Shown here: positions 28,176 to 35,595 of the stretch, piece by piece
Position numbering within the stretch: the first letter of the stretch is position 1
How the letters are laid out: every line of letters starts with the position of its first letter
Assembly (NCBI GenBank): GCA_019117065.1
Contig: DXAK01000043.1
Location: 124,671-188,670 of the forward strand
Origin: Candidatus Mediterraneibacter pullicola
GTDB taxonomy: Bacteria > Bacillota > Clostridia > Lachnospirales > Lachnospiraceae
Direction: 5' to 3'
Length of the DNA stretch: 64,000 nt
Made by a program: the position numbers and the translations under genes
The notes under the pieces: generated by a model
Seen by the model: only the letters and a program-made list of their open reading frames with translations
Databases searched by the model: none
Told to the model about the DNA's origin: nothing

Positions 28176-28595
28176 TTATTGCTTAATCTTTTTCAGAAGG
28201 GCTTCCTGAAGAACCTGTGAAAAGTTGATATTCTTCTCAAGTGCGGCTTTGTTGAGCCACGCAGGAATGGAAAGCGTCTTTTTTACCGATTTTTCAAAAT
28301 GTGTTTTTGCATATTCAGCTACGTCAACCGCAACCATATTGATAAAGGCGTCGGAAAGGTCTGTTTCCAGTTCTTCGGCAATGTGGCTGATATCAATATC
28401 TGTCAAAGCGGAAGGAGCGGGAATTTCTTGGTTTTCCTGCTGACCTGTATAGAGGTATCCTGCCAGACAGTCAACTGCCGCCTCTAAAGCCTCGTTCAGA
28501 GTATCTCCGCAGGTTGCGAGCCAGTTAAGGTCGGGGAATATAACGGAATAACCTGTTTTTTCTTTGAAAAAACATGCGGGATATGCAGATAACAT
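28176..28595 (-). CDS. hicB: HicB-family antitoxin
   Basis: Start refined to ATG 28595 (AAGGAGG, 8-nt spacer). HicB N-terminal fold pattern (YPACFFKEKTGYSVIFPDLNWLATCGDTLNEAL) and a C-terminal RHH/HTH-like tail. Confidence 0.8.
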   Translation of the reverse strand: MLSAYPACFFKEKTGYSVIFPDLNWLATCGDTLNEALEAAVDCLAGYLYTGQQENQEIPAPSALTDIDISHIAEELETDLSDAFINMVAVDVAEYAKTHFEKSVKKTLSIPAWLNKAALEKNINFSQVLQEALLKKIKQ

Positions 28596-28618
28596 ATGAT
28601 ACGCCTCCTTTACATAGA

Positions 28619-28810
28619 TCATTTTTTAAGTCCGGCTTGCCTGCGGATAGAATTTTCTGTGCCTTTGGGCAACTCTTTTGTATGGAACGGTATGGTAACT
28701 TTTCCGGGCTTATGCGGATGTATATAGTGACGGTGAGAACCGATCTGACATTTAAAGATCCATCCTTCTTTTAGTATTATTTTTTCCATTTCGACAGGTT
28801 TTATCGGCAA
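28619..28810 (-). CDS. hicA: HicA-family mRNA interferase toxin
   Basis: 63 aa, with GSHRHYIHPHKPGKVTIPFHTKELPKGT typical of HicA/YcfA. TTG start with AAAGGAG 8 nt upstream. Lies 23 nt upstream of hicB. Confidence 0.8.
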   Translation of the reverse strand: MPIKPVEMEKIILKEGWIFKCQIGSHRHYIHPHKPGKVTIPFHTKELPKGTENSIRRQAGLKK

Positions 28811-28829
28811 GTAATCTACTCCTTTCTGT

Positions 28830-28858
28830 ATTATAATATATGATACGTATTATTTCAA
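28830..28858 (-). promoter_or_regulatory. hicAB promoter with ACGTAT operator-like motifs
   Basis: Minus strand reads TTGAAA - 17 nt - TATAAT. The palindrome ATACGTAT (28843-28850) sits in the spacer, and further ACGTAT copies lie at 28875 and 28890. Confidence 0.5.
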
Positions 28859-29003
28859 TGCATAGTGTAATAACACGTATTAAAATAAAACGTATAGAAA
28901 ATGCTCTGTTATTATAATCAGTATAACAAATAGAAAAGAAATTTGGGAAAATGCCAGTTATCATTGCTTTTTTATACAGAATCAACAGGGACAAGGGTAT
29001 CAT

Positions 29004-29049
29004 AAAAGTAGAAAAACATCCCCGGCACCACATTTTCACGTGATGCCGG
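29004..29049. terminator. Bidirectional hairpin terminator downstream of arcC
   Basis: AAAAACATCCCCGGCACCAC-ATTTTCAC-GTGATGCCGGGAATGTTTTT. Confidence 0.75.
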
Positions 29050-29128
29050 GAATGTTTTTATGGGAGCAAGCCCCGTCTTTATTAGGGGGTTCAATTTATC
29101 ATGGCGCACAATCATAAGTGATGTACAC

Positions 29129-30073
29129 TTACAACTGTATCTTTGTTCCGGTCTTCCCCAATATTCCGTCTTTTGCCTTTTCGAGCAGAGTGATCAGCGC
29201 TTGTCTTCCCGGTTTGGATTCTGCGAAGTCAACGGCAGCTTGCACTTTCGGAAGCATGGAACCGGGGGCAAAGTGTCCTTCATCTATGTACTGCTTTGCC
29301 TCATCCACGGTGATATCGCCAAGCCATTTTTCGTTCGGTTTTCCATAGTTGATGGCGGCCTTTTCCACGGCGGTAAGAATAATCAGAATATCTGCGTCTA
29401 GTTCCTTTGCCATCAGGCAGCTTGCAAAGTCTTTGTCAATGACCGCGCTGGCGCCCTTTAAGTGATTGCCCTGCCGTGTGACCGGGATGCCTCCGCCTCC
29501 ACAGGCGATGACAAGGTCACCAGAGTTTACCATCGTGCGGATGGTGCCGATCTCAACGATCTCCTGCGGCTTTGGAGATGCGACGACACGGCGGTATCCG
29601 CGTCCCGCGTCCTCTTTCATGATGTAGTCATATTTTTCTGCCATCATGTCAGCCTGTTCTTTTGTCATGAAGCGTCCGATGGGCTTTGAAGGATTTTCAA
29701 ATGCCGGGTCGTCCGGGTCAACCCTGACCTGTGTGATCATGGTTGCCACCGGAATATCGGTGATCCCTCTGTTTAAAAGTTCCTCTCTGAGCGCGTTCTG
29801 AAGGTCATAGCCGATGTACGCCTGACTCATCGCCACGCAGACGGAGAGCGGTGTGTTCGGCTGCTGGGGGTCTTCATGTGTCAGTGCGATCATGGCGTTG
29901 TTCACCATGCCAACTTGAGGACCGTTGCCGTGGGCCACGACGACCTCGCAGCCTTCTTCGATGAGGTCAACGATCGCTTTTGAGGTGATCTTTACAGCCT
30001 TCATCTGTTCCGGCAGGGTGTTGCCCAGAGCATTTCCGCCGAGGGCAATGACAATACGTTTTTTCTTATCCAT
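29129..30073 (-). CDS. arcC: Carbamate kinase (YqeA/ArcC)
   Basis: N-terminal IVIALGGNAL motif. 314 aa amino-acid kinase fold. Confidence 0.92.
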   Translation of the reverse strand: MDKKKRIVIALGGNALGNTLPEQMKAVKITSKAIVDLIEEGCEVVVAHGNGPQVGMVNNAMIALTHEDPQQPNTPLSVCVAMSQAYIGYDLQNALREELLNRGITDIPVATMITQVRVDPDDPAFENPSKPIGRFMTKEQADMMAEKYDYIMKEDAGRGYRRVVASPKPQEIVEIGTIRTMVNSGDLVIACGGGGIPVTRQGNHLKGASAVIDKDFASCLMAKELDADILIILTAVEKAAINYGKPNEKWLGDITVDEAKQYIDEGHFAPGSMLPKVQAAVDFAESKPGRQALITLLEKAKDGILGKTGTKIQL

Positions 30074-30090
30074 AGTATGCCTCCCGCGTC

Positions 30091-30471
30091 TTATTCTTTC
30101 ACAGCGGCGATTGCCTCTACCTCACAGAGAACTCCCTTCGGAAGAGCTTTTACCGCAACGCAGGAACGGGCTGGCTTGCCTGTAAAATATTTTGCATAGA
30201 TTTCATTGAATGCTGCAAAATCACTCATATCTGCAAGGAAGCAGGTTGTCTTTATGACATCTGTAAATTCTGCGCCTTGGCTCTCAAGAAGAGCTTTGAT
30301 GTTTTGCATTACCTGCTCTGTCTGTTCTTCGATAGTCGTGCCCACTACCTCGCCTGTTTCTGGGGAGAGCGGGATGGAACCGGAAAAGAATGCGATTCCG
30401 TTGAAAACGATTCCCTGTGAGTACGGTCCGATAGCTGCCGGTGCGTTTTTAGTGTCAATATATTTTAACAT
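30091..30471 (-). CDS. ridA: RidA family enamine/imine deaminase
   Basis: 126 aa YjgF/YER057c/UK114 signature (PAAIGPYSQG ... PARSCVAVKALPKGVLCEVE). Confidence 0.92.
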   Translation of the reverse strand: MLKYIDTKNAPAAIGPYSQGIVFNGIAFFSGSIPLSPETGEVVGTTIEEQTEQVMQNIKALLESQGAEFTDVIKTTCFLADMSDFAAFNEIYAKYFTGKPARSCVAVKALPKGVLCEVEAIAAVKE

Positions 30472-30528
30472 GGTTTGTTACCTCCTGATATGTGTAATAT
30501 TATTTTTCCGGATATACGTAGTGTCGAC

Positions 30529-31722
30529 TTATTCAAAAATTCTCGGAGTTCCTTTTTCTTCCAGTTTCTTAAGAATAGACACCGGATCAGCAAATTTTGC
30601 AAGGAAGATCATAGCTGCGATGATATATGGCTTGTAGCTTGCTTCTTTGTACAAAGGATCCCTGTAACGGTCAAATACGCTTGCGTCAACCTCGCCTTCC
30701 TCGCAGCTTACACCTGTGATATCGGCTGGCAGGCAGTGCATGTAGAGAGCTTTGCCGTCCTTTGTTGTCTTCATAAGTTCCTCCGTGCATGCCCAGTCTT
30801 TATGCTGCGCGTTCTGAGCCAGAAGTTCCTGCTCCAGAGCTTTGATACCGTCGAAGTCTCCGTTTCCATACAGCTCTGTACGTTTCTCCATTGCGGCGAA
30901 GGGCGCCCAGCTCTTTGGATATACGATGTCAGCGTCTTTGAATGCCTCTGCCATGTTGTTTGTCTTTGTGAATGTACCGCCGGATTTCTTTGCGTTCTCA
31001 GCTGCTACTGCCTCAACCTCCGGGAACACCTCATATCCTTCCGGATGAGCAAGTACAACATCCATTCCGAAACGTGTCATCAGGCCGATGATTCCCTGCG
31101 GGACAGAGAGCGGCTTGCCGTAGGATGGAGAGTAAGCCCATGTCATGGCGATCTTCTTGCCTTTTAAGTTTTCAACACCGCCAAACTCGTGGATGATGTG
31201 AAGCATATCAGCCATTGCCTGTGTCGGGTGGTCAATATCGCACTGGAGGTTTACAAGGGTTGGTTTCTGCTCGAGGATCCCGTCTTTATTTCCCTGTGTT
31301 ACTGCATCCACAACTTCGTGCATGTAAGCGTTTCCTTTGCCGATGTACATGTCGTCGCGGATACCGATTACGTCAGCCATGAATGAGATCATGTTAGCTG
31401 TCTCGCGGACCGTCTCACCGTGAGCTACCTGCGATTTACCTTCGTCCAGATCCTGTACCTCAAGACCTAACAAGTTGCAGGCAGAAGCGAAGGAGAAGCG
31501 TGTACGTGTGGAGTTGTCACGGAAAAGTGAGATTCCAAGACCACTCTCGAATACCTTTGTGGAGATGTTGTTCTCTCTCATGAAGCGCAGAGCGTCCGCG
31601 ACAGTGAACACAGCCTCGAGCTCGTCGTCCGTCTTCTCCCATGTGAGGAAGAAATCCCCGTTGTACATGTCCTTAAAATTCAGCGCCTTCAGCTTTTCGA
31701 TATAATCCTGTAAAGTTTTCAT
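30529..31722 (-). CDS. ygeW: YgeW-type knotted carbamoyltransferase
   Basis: Carbamoyl-phosphate motif STRTR, HPTQ and HCLP. 397 aa length with the long N-terminal extension typical of YgeW rather than OTC/ATC. Confidence 0.88.
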   Translation of the reverse strand: MKTLQDYIEKLKALNFKDMYNGDFFLTWEKTDDELEAVFTVADALRFMRENNISTKVFESGLGISLFRDNSTRTRFSFASACNLLGLEVQDLDEGKSQVAHGETVRETANMISFMADVIGIRDDMYIGKGNAYMHEVVDAVTQGNKDGILEQKPTLVNLQCDIDHPTQAMADMLHIIHEFGGVENLKGKKIAMTWAYSPSYGKPLSVPQGIIGLMTRFGMDVVLAHPEGYEVFPEVEAVAAENAKKSGGTFTKTNNMAEAFKDADIVYPKSWAPFAAMEKRTELYGNGDFDGIKALEQELLAQNAQHKDWACTEELMKTTKDGKALYMHCLPADITGVSCEEGEVDASVFDRYRDPLYKEASYKPYIIAAMIFLAKFADPVSILKKLEEKGTPRIFE

Positions 31723-31775
31723 TTTGTTGATCCTCCTTAAAGATATAAAAATTTATTTGGTTTGGCGTATGATTT

Positions 31776-33086
31776 TTATTTGCAGTAGCATTTTGGAAGA
31801 GCCGCATATACAGCCGCGCATGTCACAAGATCCTGCTTCCATGTCTTTTCGTTCGGTGCGTGTGCCTGTGCCTCTGCGCCCGGTCCGAATCCGATGCACG
31901 GGATGCCGTTTCTTCCCATGATGGACACGCCGTTTGTGGAGAATGTCCACTTGTCTGTCAGCGGACGGCTCTGGCGCATTTCCAATGTTTCCTCGGCGCC
32001 GATTCTCTTGTCCCCGTAGAGAGATGTGTATGCTTCTTCGAGAGCCTTTGTCACCTTGTGGTCTTTCGGGATTGCCCATGTGGGGAAGTAGCACTCGATC
32101 TCGTAAACGCATCCTGTGTAGGACGGGCGGTCGTAGCTGTACATGGATACGACTACGTCATCGCCATATTTCTGTACGCTCGGGAGTGCACGAATCTCAT
32201 CAAGGCAGCTTTCCCATGTTTCGCCGAAGGTCATACGGCGGTCAAGGGATACCGCGCAGGAATCTGCTACCGCACAGCGACTCGGGGAAGTGTAGAAAAT
32301 CTGGGATACGGTTACCGTACCGCGTCCGAGGAAGCGTGCCTCCTCCCAGTCTGGGTTGTACTTCGGGTTTAACATTTTTACAAGACCTTTGATTTCTGTC
32401 TCGTCTGCGTCGTCATTTTCATTGAGGGCGCGTACATCCTGAAGGATGTCGGCCATCTTGTAGATCGCATTGTCACCGCGTTCAGGGGCGGAGCCGTGGC
32501 AGGATACGCCTTTGACATCCACACGGATCTCCATACGTCCGCGCTGTCCTCTGTAAATTCCGCCGTCTGTCGGTTCTGTGGAAACGACGAATTCCGGGCT
32601 GATTTTGTCCTCGTTGATGATGTACTGCCAGCACAGACCGTCGCAGTCTTCTTCCTGAACGGTACCGACAACCATGATCTTGCAGCCCTCCGGGATGAGG
32701 TCAAGATCTTTCATGATCCTTGCGCCGTATGTAGCGGATACGATACCGCCACACTGGTCGGACACACCGCGTCCGCCGATCTCTGTGTCATTTTCATATC
32801 CTTCGTACGGGTCGAATGTCCAGTTCTCGATATTTCCGATGCCTACGGTATCGATGTGGGCGTCGTATGCGATGATTTTATCGCCGGTTCCCATGTATCC
32901 AATAACATTACCCTGAGGGTCAATGACTACTTCGTCGAAATCCAGCTTCTTCATCTCGGCGGCGATGGTGTCGATATGAGCTTTTTCATCGCAGCTTTCG
33001 CCCGGATTCCTTACGATGGCGCGCAGAAATGCGGTCATGTCTTTTTCATAGTTCTGTGCAGCTTCTTTGATTTTGTTTAAATCCAT
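31776..33086 (-). CDS. ygeY: YgeY-family M20 metallohydrolase (selenium-metabolism-linked hydrolase family)
   Basis: Start refined to ATG 33086 (AAAAAGGAGAGAG RBS). M20 motifs AHIDTVG and QEEDCDG. Confidence 0.88.
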   Translation of the reverse strand: MDLNKIKEAAQNYEKDMTAFLRAIVRNPGESCDEKAHIDTIAAEMKKLDFDEVVIDPQGNVIGYMGTGDKIIAYDAHIDTVGIGNIENWTFDPYEGYENDTEIGGRGVSDQCGGIVSATYGARIMKDLDLIPEGCKIMVVGTVQEEDCDGLCWQYIINEDKISPEFVVSTEPTDGGIYRGQRGRMEIRVDVKGVSCHGSAPERGDNAIYKMADILQDVRALNENDDADETEIKGLVKMLNPKYNPDWEEARFLGRGTVTVSQIFYTSPSRCAVADSCAVSLDRRMTFGETWESCLDEIRALPSVQKYGDDVVVSMYSYDRPSYTGCVYEIECYFPTWAIPKDHKVTKALEEAYTSLYGDKRIGAEETLEMRQSRPLTDKWTFSTNGVSIMGRNGIPCIGFGPGAEAQAHAPNEKTWKQDLVTCAAVYAALPKCYCK

Positions 33087-33150
33087 AATAATCTCTCTCC
33101 TTTTTGTGAAATCAAAATGAATGGTTATAGCTTCCGTTGAACAGTGATGT

Positions 33151-34356
33151 TTATCGGTCGTTTCCTCCCCAGACGATGGATTCGTATCTCTGCGGGTCCG
33201 TGTCGCCCTCTGTGGAGAAGAGGAGGACTTTGGAATTCCCGTCGAGTCCAAGGTGATCTCTAAGGGGTTTGTACTCATCCATTGTCATGATGCACGCAAG
33301 TGTTCCAAAAGGTGCTGCTCCGGATTCTCCGGATGTTACCGGCTGATCGCCCTTGATGGGAGCCGCCAGCATCCGCATGCCTCTTGCCGCTACCCAGTCG
33401 GGTGCCGCTACAAAGGTGTCTACATGGTTCTTTAAGATATCCCATGAGATAGTGTTCGGTTCGCCGCAGGCGAGCCCTGCCATGATGGTAACCATGTCGC
33501 CGTCAACAATGCGGATATCGCCGTCTCCTGCGCATGCGCCTTTATACAGACATGCGGCAGCTTCCGCCTCCACAACGATGACTTTTGGCGGGTTCTCGGG
33601 ATAACGGTTTGCGAAATATCCCTGAACCGCTCCGGCAAGAGAGCCTACACCTGCCTGAATAAACACATGGGTCGGGCGCTCGCAGCCGTATTCGTGAAGC
33701 TGGTTGTCCGCCTCCATCGCCATGGTGCCGTAGCCCTGCATGATCCATGAGGGAATCTCCTCGTATCCATCCCATGCGGTATCCTGTACCATGACACCGT
33801 TTTCTGTTTTTTCAGCCATCGCGTTTGCCATGCGGACACATTCGTCGTAGTTTTCTTCTTCGATCGTAGCTTGAGCTCCTTGTGCAAGGATGTTGTCGAG
33901 CCTTGTCTGTGTCGTTCCTTTCGGCATGAGGACAACTGCCTTTTGCCCTAGTTTATTTGCAGCCCACGCAACGCCGCGGCCATGGTTTCCGTCCGTGGCC
34001 GTGAAGAAGGTTGCCTGACCGAATTCTTTTCTGAGCGCTTCAGAAGTGAGTACATTATAAGGAAGTTCTGATACATCTTTTCCGGTCTGTTTTGCGATGT
34101 AGCGTGCCATGGCGAAGGAACCTCCGAGTACTTTGAAGGCGTTCAGGCCGAAGCGGTAGGATTCATCCTTTATGTATACTTCTTTGAGACCAAGATGCGC
34201 CGCCATGTGATCGAGTTTTGTCAGCGGTGTGACCGTGTACTGGGGAAAACTCTCGTGGAAGGCGCGGGCTTTTTTTACCTCGTCAAGCCCCATGACCGCA
34301 AGTTGGGTGTCGTCGGTCTTTGGCATTTTGTTTACTGCCCATTTGATTGTTTCCAT
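33151..34356 (-). CDS. ygeX: 2,3-diaminopropionate ammonia-lyase (PLP, fold type II)
   Basis: Start refined to ATG 34356 (AAAGGAGG, 7-nt spacer). PLP-lysine motif LNAFKVLGG and glycine-rich loop GVGSLAGA. Confidence 0.9.
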   Translation of the reverse strand: METIKWAVNKMPKTDDTQLAVMGLDEVKKARAFHESFPQYTVTPLTKLDHMAAHLGLKEVYIKDESYRFGLNAFKVLGGSFAMARYIAKQTGKDVSELPYNVLTSEALRKEFGQATFFTATDGNHGRGVAWAANKLGQKAVVLMPKGTTQTRLDNILAQGAQATIEEENYDECVRMANAMAEKTENGVMVQDTAWDGYEEIPSWIMQGYGTMAMEADNQLHEYGCERPTHVFIQAGVGSLAGAVQGYFANRYPENPPKVIVVEAEAAACLYKGACAGDGDIRIVDGDMVTIMAGLACGEPNTISWDILKNHVDTFVAAPDWVAARGMRMLAAPIKGDQPVTSGESGAAPFGTLACIMTMDEYKPLRDHLGLDGNSKVLLFSTEGDTDPQRYESIVWGGNDR

Positions 34357-34396
34357 TATGGAACCTCCTTTATTATTCATTTTTCTTGTCCCTTTC

Positions 34397-34523
34397 GCAT
34401 GCCCAGCTCGAAATCACCGCTTTGCGGTTCCTCCTCGCTGGTGGCAGCCGCCATATGCCGGAATCGACACTCCGTGCCGCTTGCAGACAAGCCCGCACGC
34501 AAGGAGTGTCTCTCCGGCGCGTG
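34397..34523 (-). repeat. Structured GC-rich leader element, copy 1 (ygeX-proximal)
   Basis: 127 nt with 7 substitutions relative to copy 2. Period is exactly 150 nt. Confidence 0.95.
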
Positions 34524-34546
34524 TTCTTTTGAGTTATTTTTCCGGA

Positions 34547-34674
34547 GCATGCCCAGCTCGAAATCACCGCTTTGCGGTTCCTTCTCGCTGGTGGCAGCCG
34601 CCATATGCCGGAATCGACGCTCCGTGCCGCTTGCAGACAAGCCTGCGCGTCAGGAGTGTCTCTCCGGCGCATGC
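34547..34674 (-). repeat. Structured GC-rich leader element, copy 2 (abuts regulator stop codon)
   Basis: Direct repeat of 34397-34523. It starts immediately after the TGA (34675-34677) of the upstream gene. Confidence 0.95.
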
Positions 34675-35322
34675 TCAGCTTTTGTCCATATAGCTGTACA
34701 ATGTGAATTTTGATATCCCGAGAAGGGAAGAGACCTTGTCTCCCGACTTTGTGATCAGGAATGCTCCCGCGTTGTTTAAATACTGTACCACGGCGATCTT
34801 GTCGTCCTTATTCATCAGCGCTACCGGTTTCCCGACTTTTGCAATCGCTTGTTCGATGAGCAGATCCAAGAGTTCGGTCACGTTGTGGGTGATCGTCTGC
34901 GGAGTATTCCCGCTCTTTTCTCCGGCATTCTCTTCAGGTTCGGTCTGTATCAGACCATGGAGTGTGTTCTCTATGGCCAGCAGTGTTGTGATATCATAAT
35001 TAATGGAAAAAATATAAGCGACTTTGTCATTGTCATCCCGGATGTATAGGGTGCTGGATTTTAAGATCCTGCCATCGTCCGTCCGGGTGAGGTAAGCAAG
35101 TCTGTCTTTTACCGTCGCGGGATCGGAGCGGAGAGTTTCAAGCACAATTCCCGAGGGACCGTCTCCAGTGTGACGGTTGGATACATGACCGTTCTCAATA
35201 TAGACGATAGACCGATCCAGATCTTTTTTTGTCAGATCATGGATAACAACCTCGCAGGAGTTCCCAAACTGGGAAGTGATACCGTGTGCGAGCTGTTTTA
35301 AAAACTCAAGTTTATGGATCAT
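34675..35322 (-). CDS. YheO/DauR-like transcriptional regulator (PAS-like sensor plus C-terminal HTH)
   Basis: N-terminal YheO-type PAS_6-like segment (CEVVIHDL...SIVYIENGHVSNR) and C-terminal HTH (DKIAVVQYLNNAGAFLITKSGDKVSSLLGISKFTLYSY). Confidence 0.8.
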   Translation of the reverse strand: MIHKLEFLKQLAHGITSQFGNSCEVVIHDLTKKDLDRSIVYIENGHVSNRHTGDGPSGIVLETLRSDPATVKDRLAYLTRTDDGRILKSSTLYIRDDNDKVAYIFSINYDITTLLAIENTLHGLIQTEPEENAGEKSGNTPQTITHNVTELLDLLIEQAIAKVGKPVALMNKDDKIAVVQYLNNAGAFLITKSGDKVSSLLGISKFTLYSYMDKS

Positions 35323-35425
35323 TTTTCACCTGCCTTTTTCAGCGTAAAGCCAGAGGGAAAATGTAAATGTGATGTGTGTCTCTAACCCCATCATAGCATA
35401 AAAAAAGATGGTGTCAACACTTTTT

Positions 35426-35460
35426 CTAAAAATTTTTTAGGCAATCTAAAAATTATTTAG
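35426..35460. promoter_or_regulatory. Twin palindromic operator candidates
   Basis: CTAAAAATTTTTTAG (35426-35440) and CTAAAAATTATTTAG (35446-35460), centres 20 bp apart. They abut the -35 of the ssnA-operon promoter. Confidence 0.55.
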
Positions 35461-35468
35461 AATTCAGG

Positions 35469-35497
35469 TTGCATTTATACACATTTGATGGTATTCT
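35469..35497 (+). promoter_or_regulatory. Promoter of the ssnA-to-xdhD operon
   Basis: TTGCAT - 17 nt - TATTCT with a TGg extended -10. Confidence 0.5.
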
Positions 35498-35595
35498 ATA
35501 TAGAGCAAGAGATATTTATATGCGAAATGCACAGGAAAATGAGGAGATGTGCCAAAAGTGATGTGTGTAAAATAAATAAAAAAGGAGAAGAAAAG

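Noticed and set aside
34397-34674. Tandem glycine riboswitch (suggested by the tandem layout and the GGAGAG near each unit start)
   Set aside because: The conserved glycine-aptamer cores (…CACCGAAGGGGCAA… and …CUCAGGCAAAAGGAC…) are absent. ZTP (…CCGCCUGGGCA) and Moco-like cores also could not be aligned by eye.
34195-34713. ORFs of 99-172 aa on both strands across the tandem repeat (34373-34672 minus, 34229-34693 plus, 34195-34713 plus)
   Set aside because: Their open frames are a by-product of the duplicated GC-rich element, so the peptide repeats simply mirror the DNA repeat. They have no RBS, overlap the ygeX start or the regulator end, and have a non-protein-like composition.
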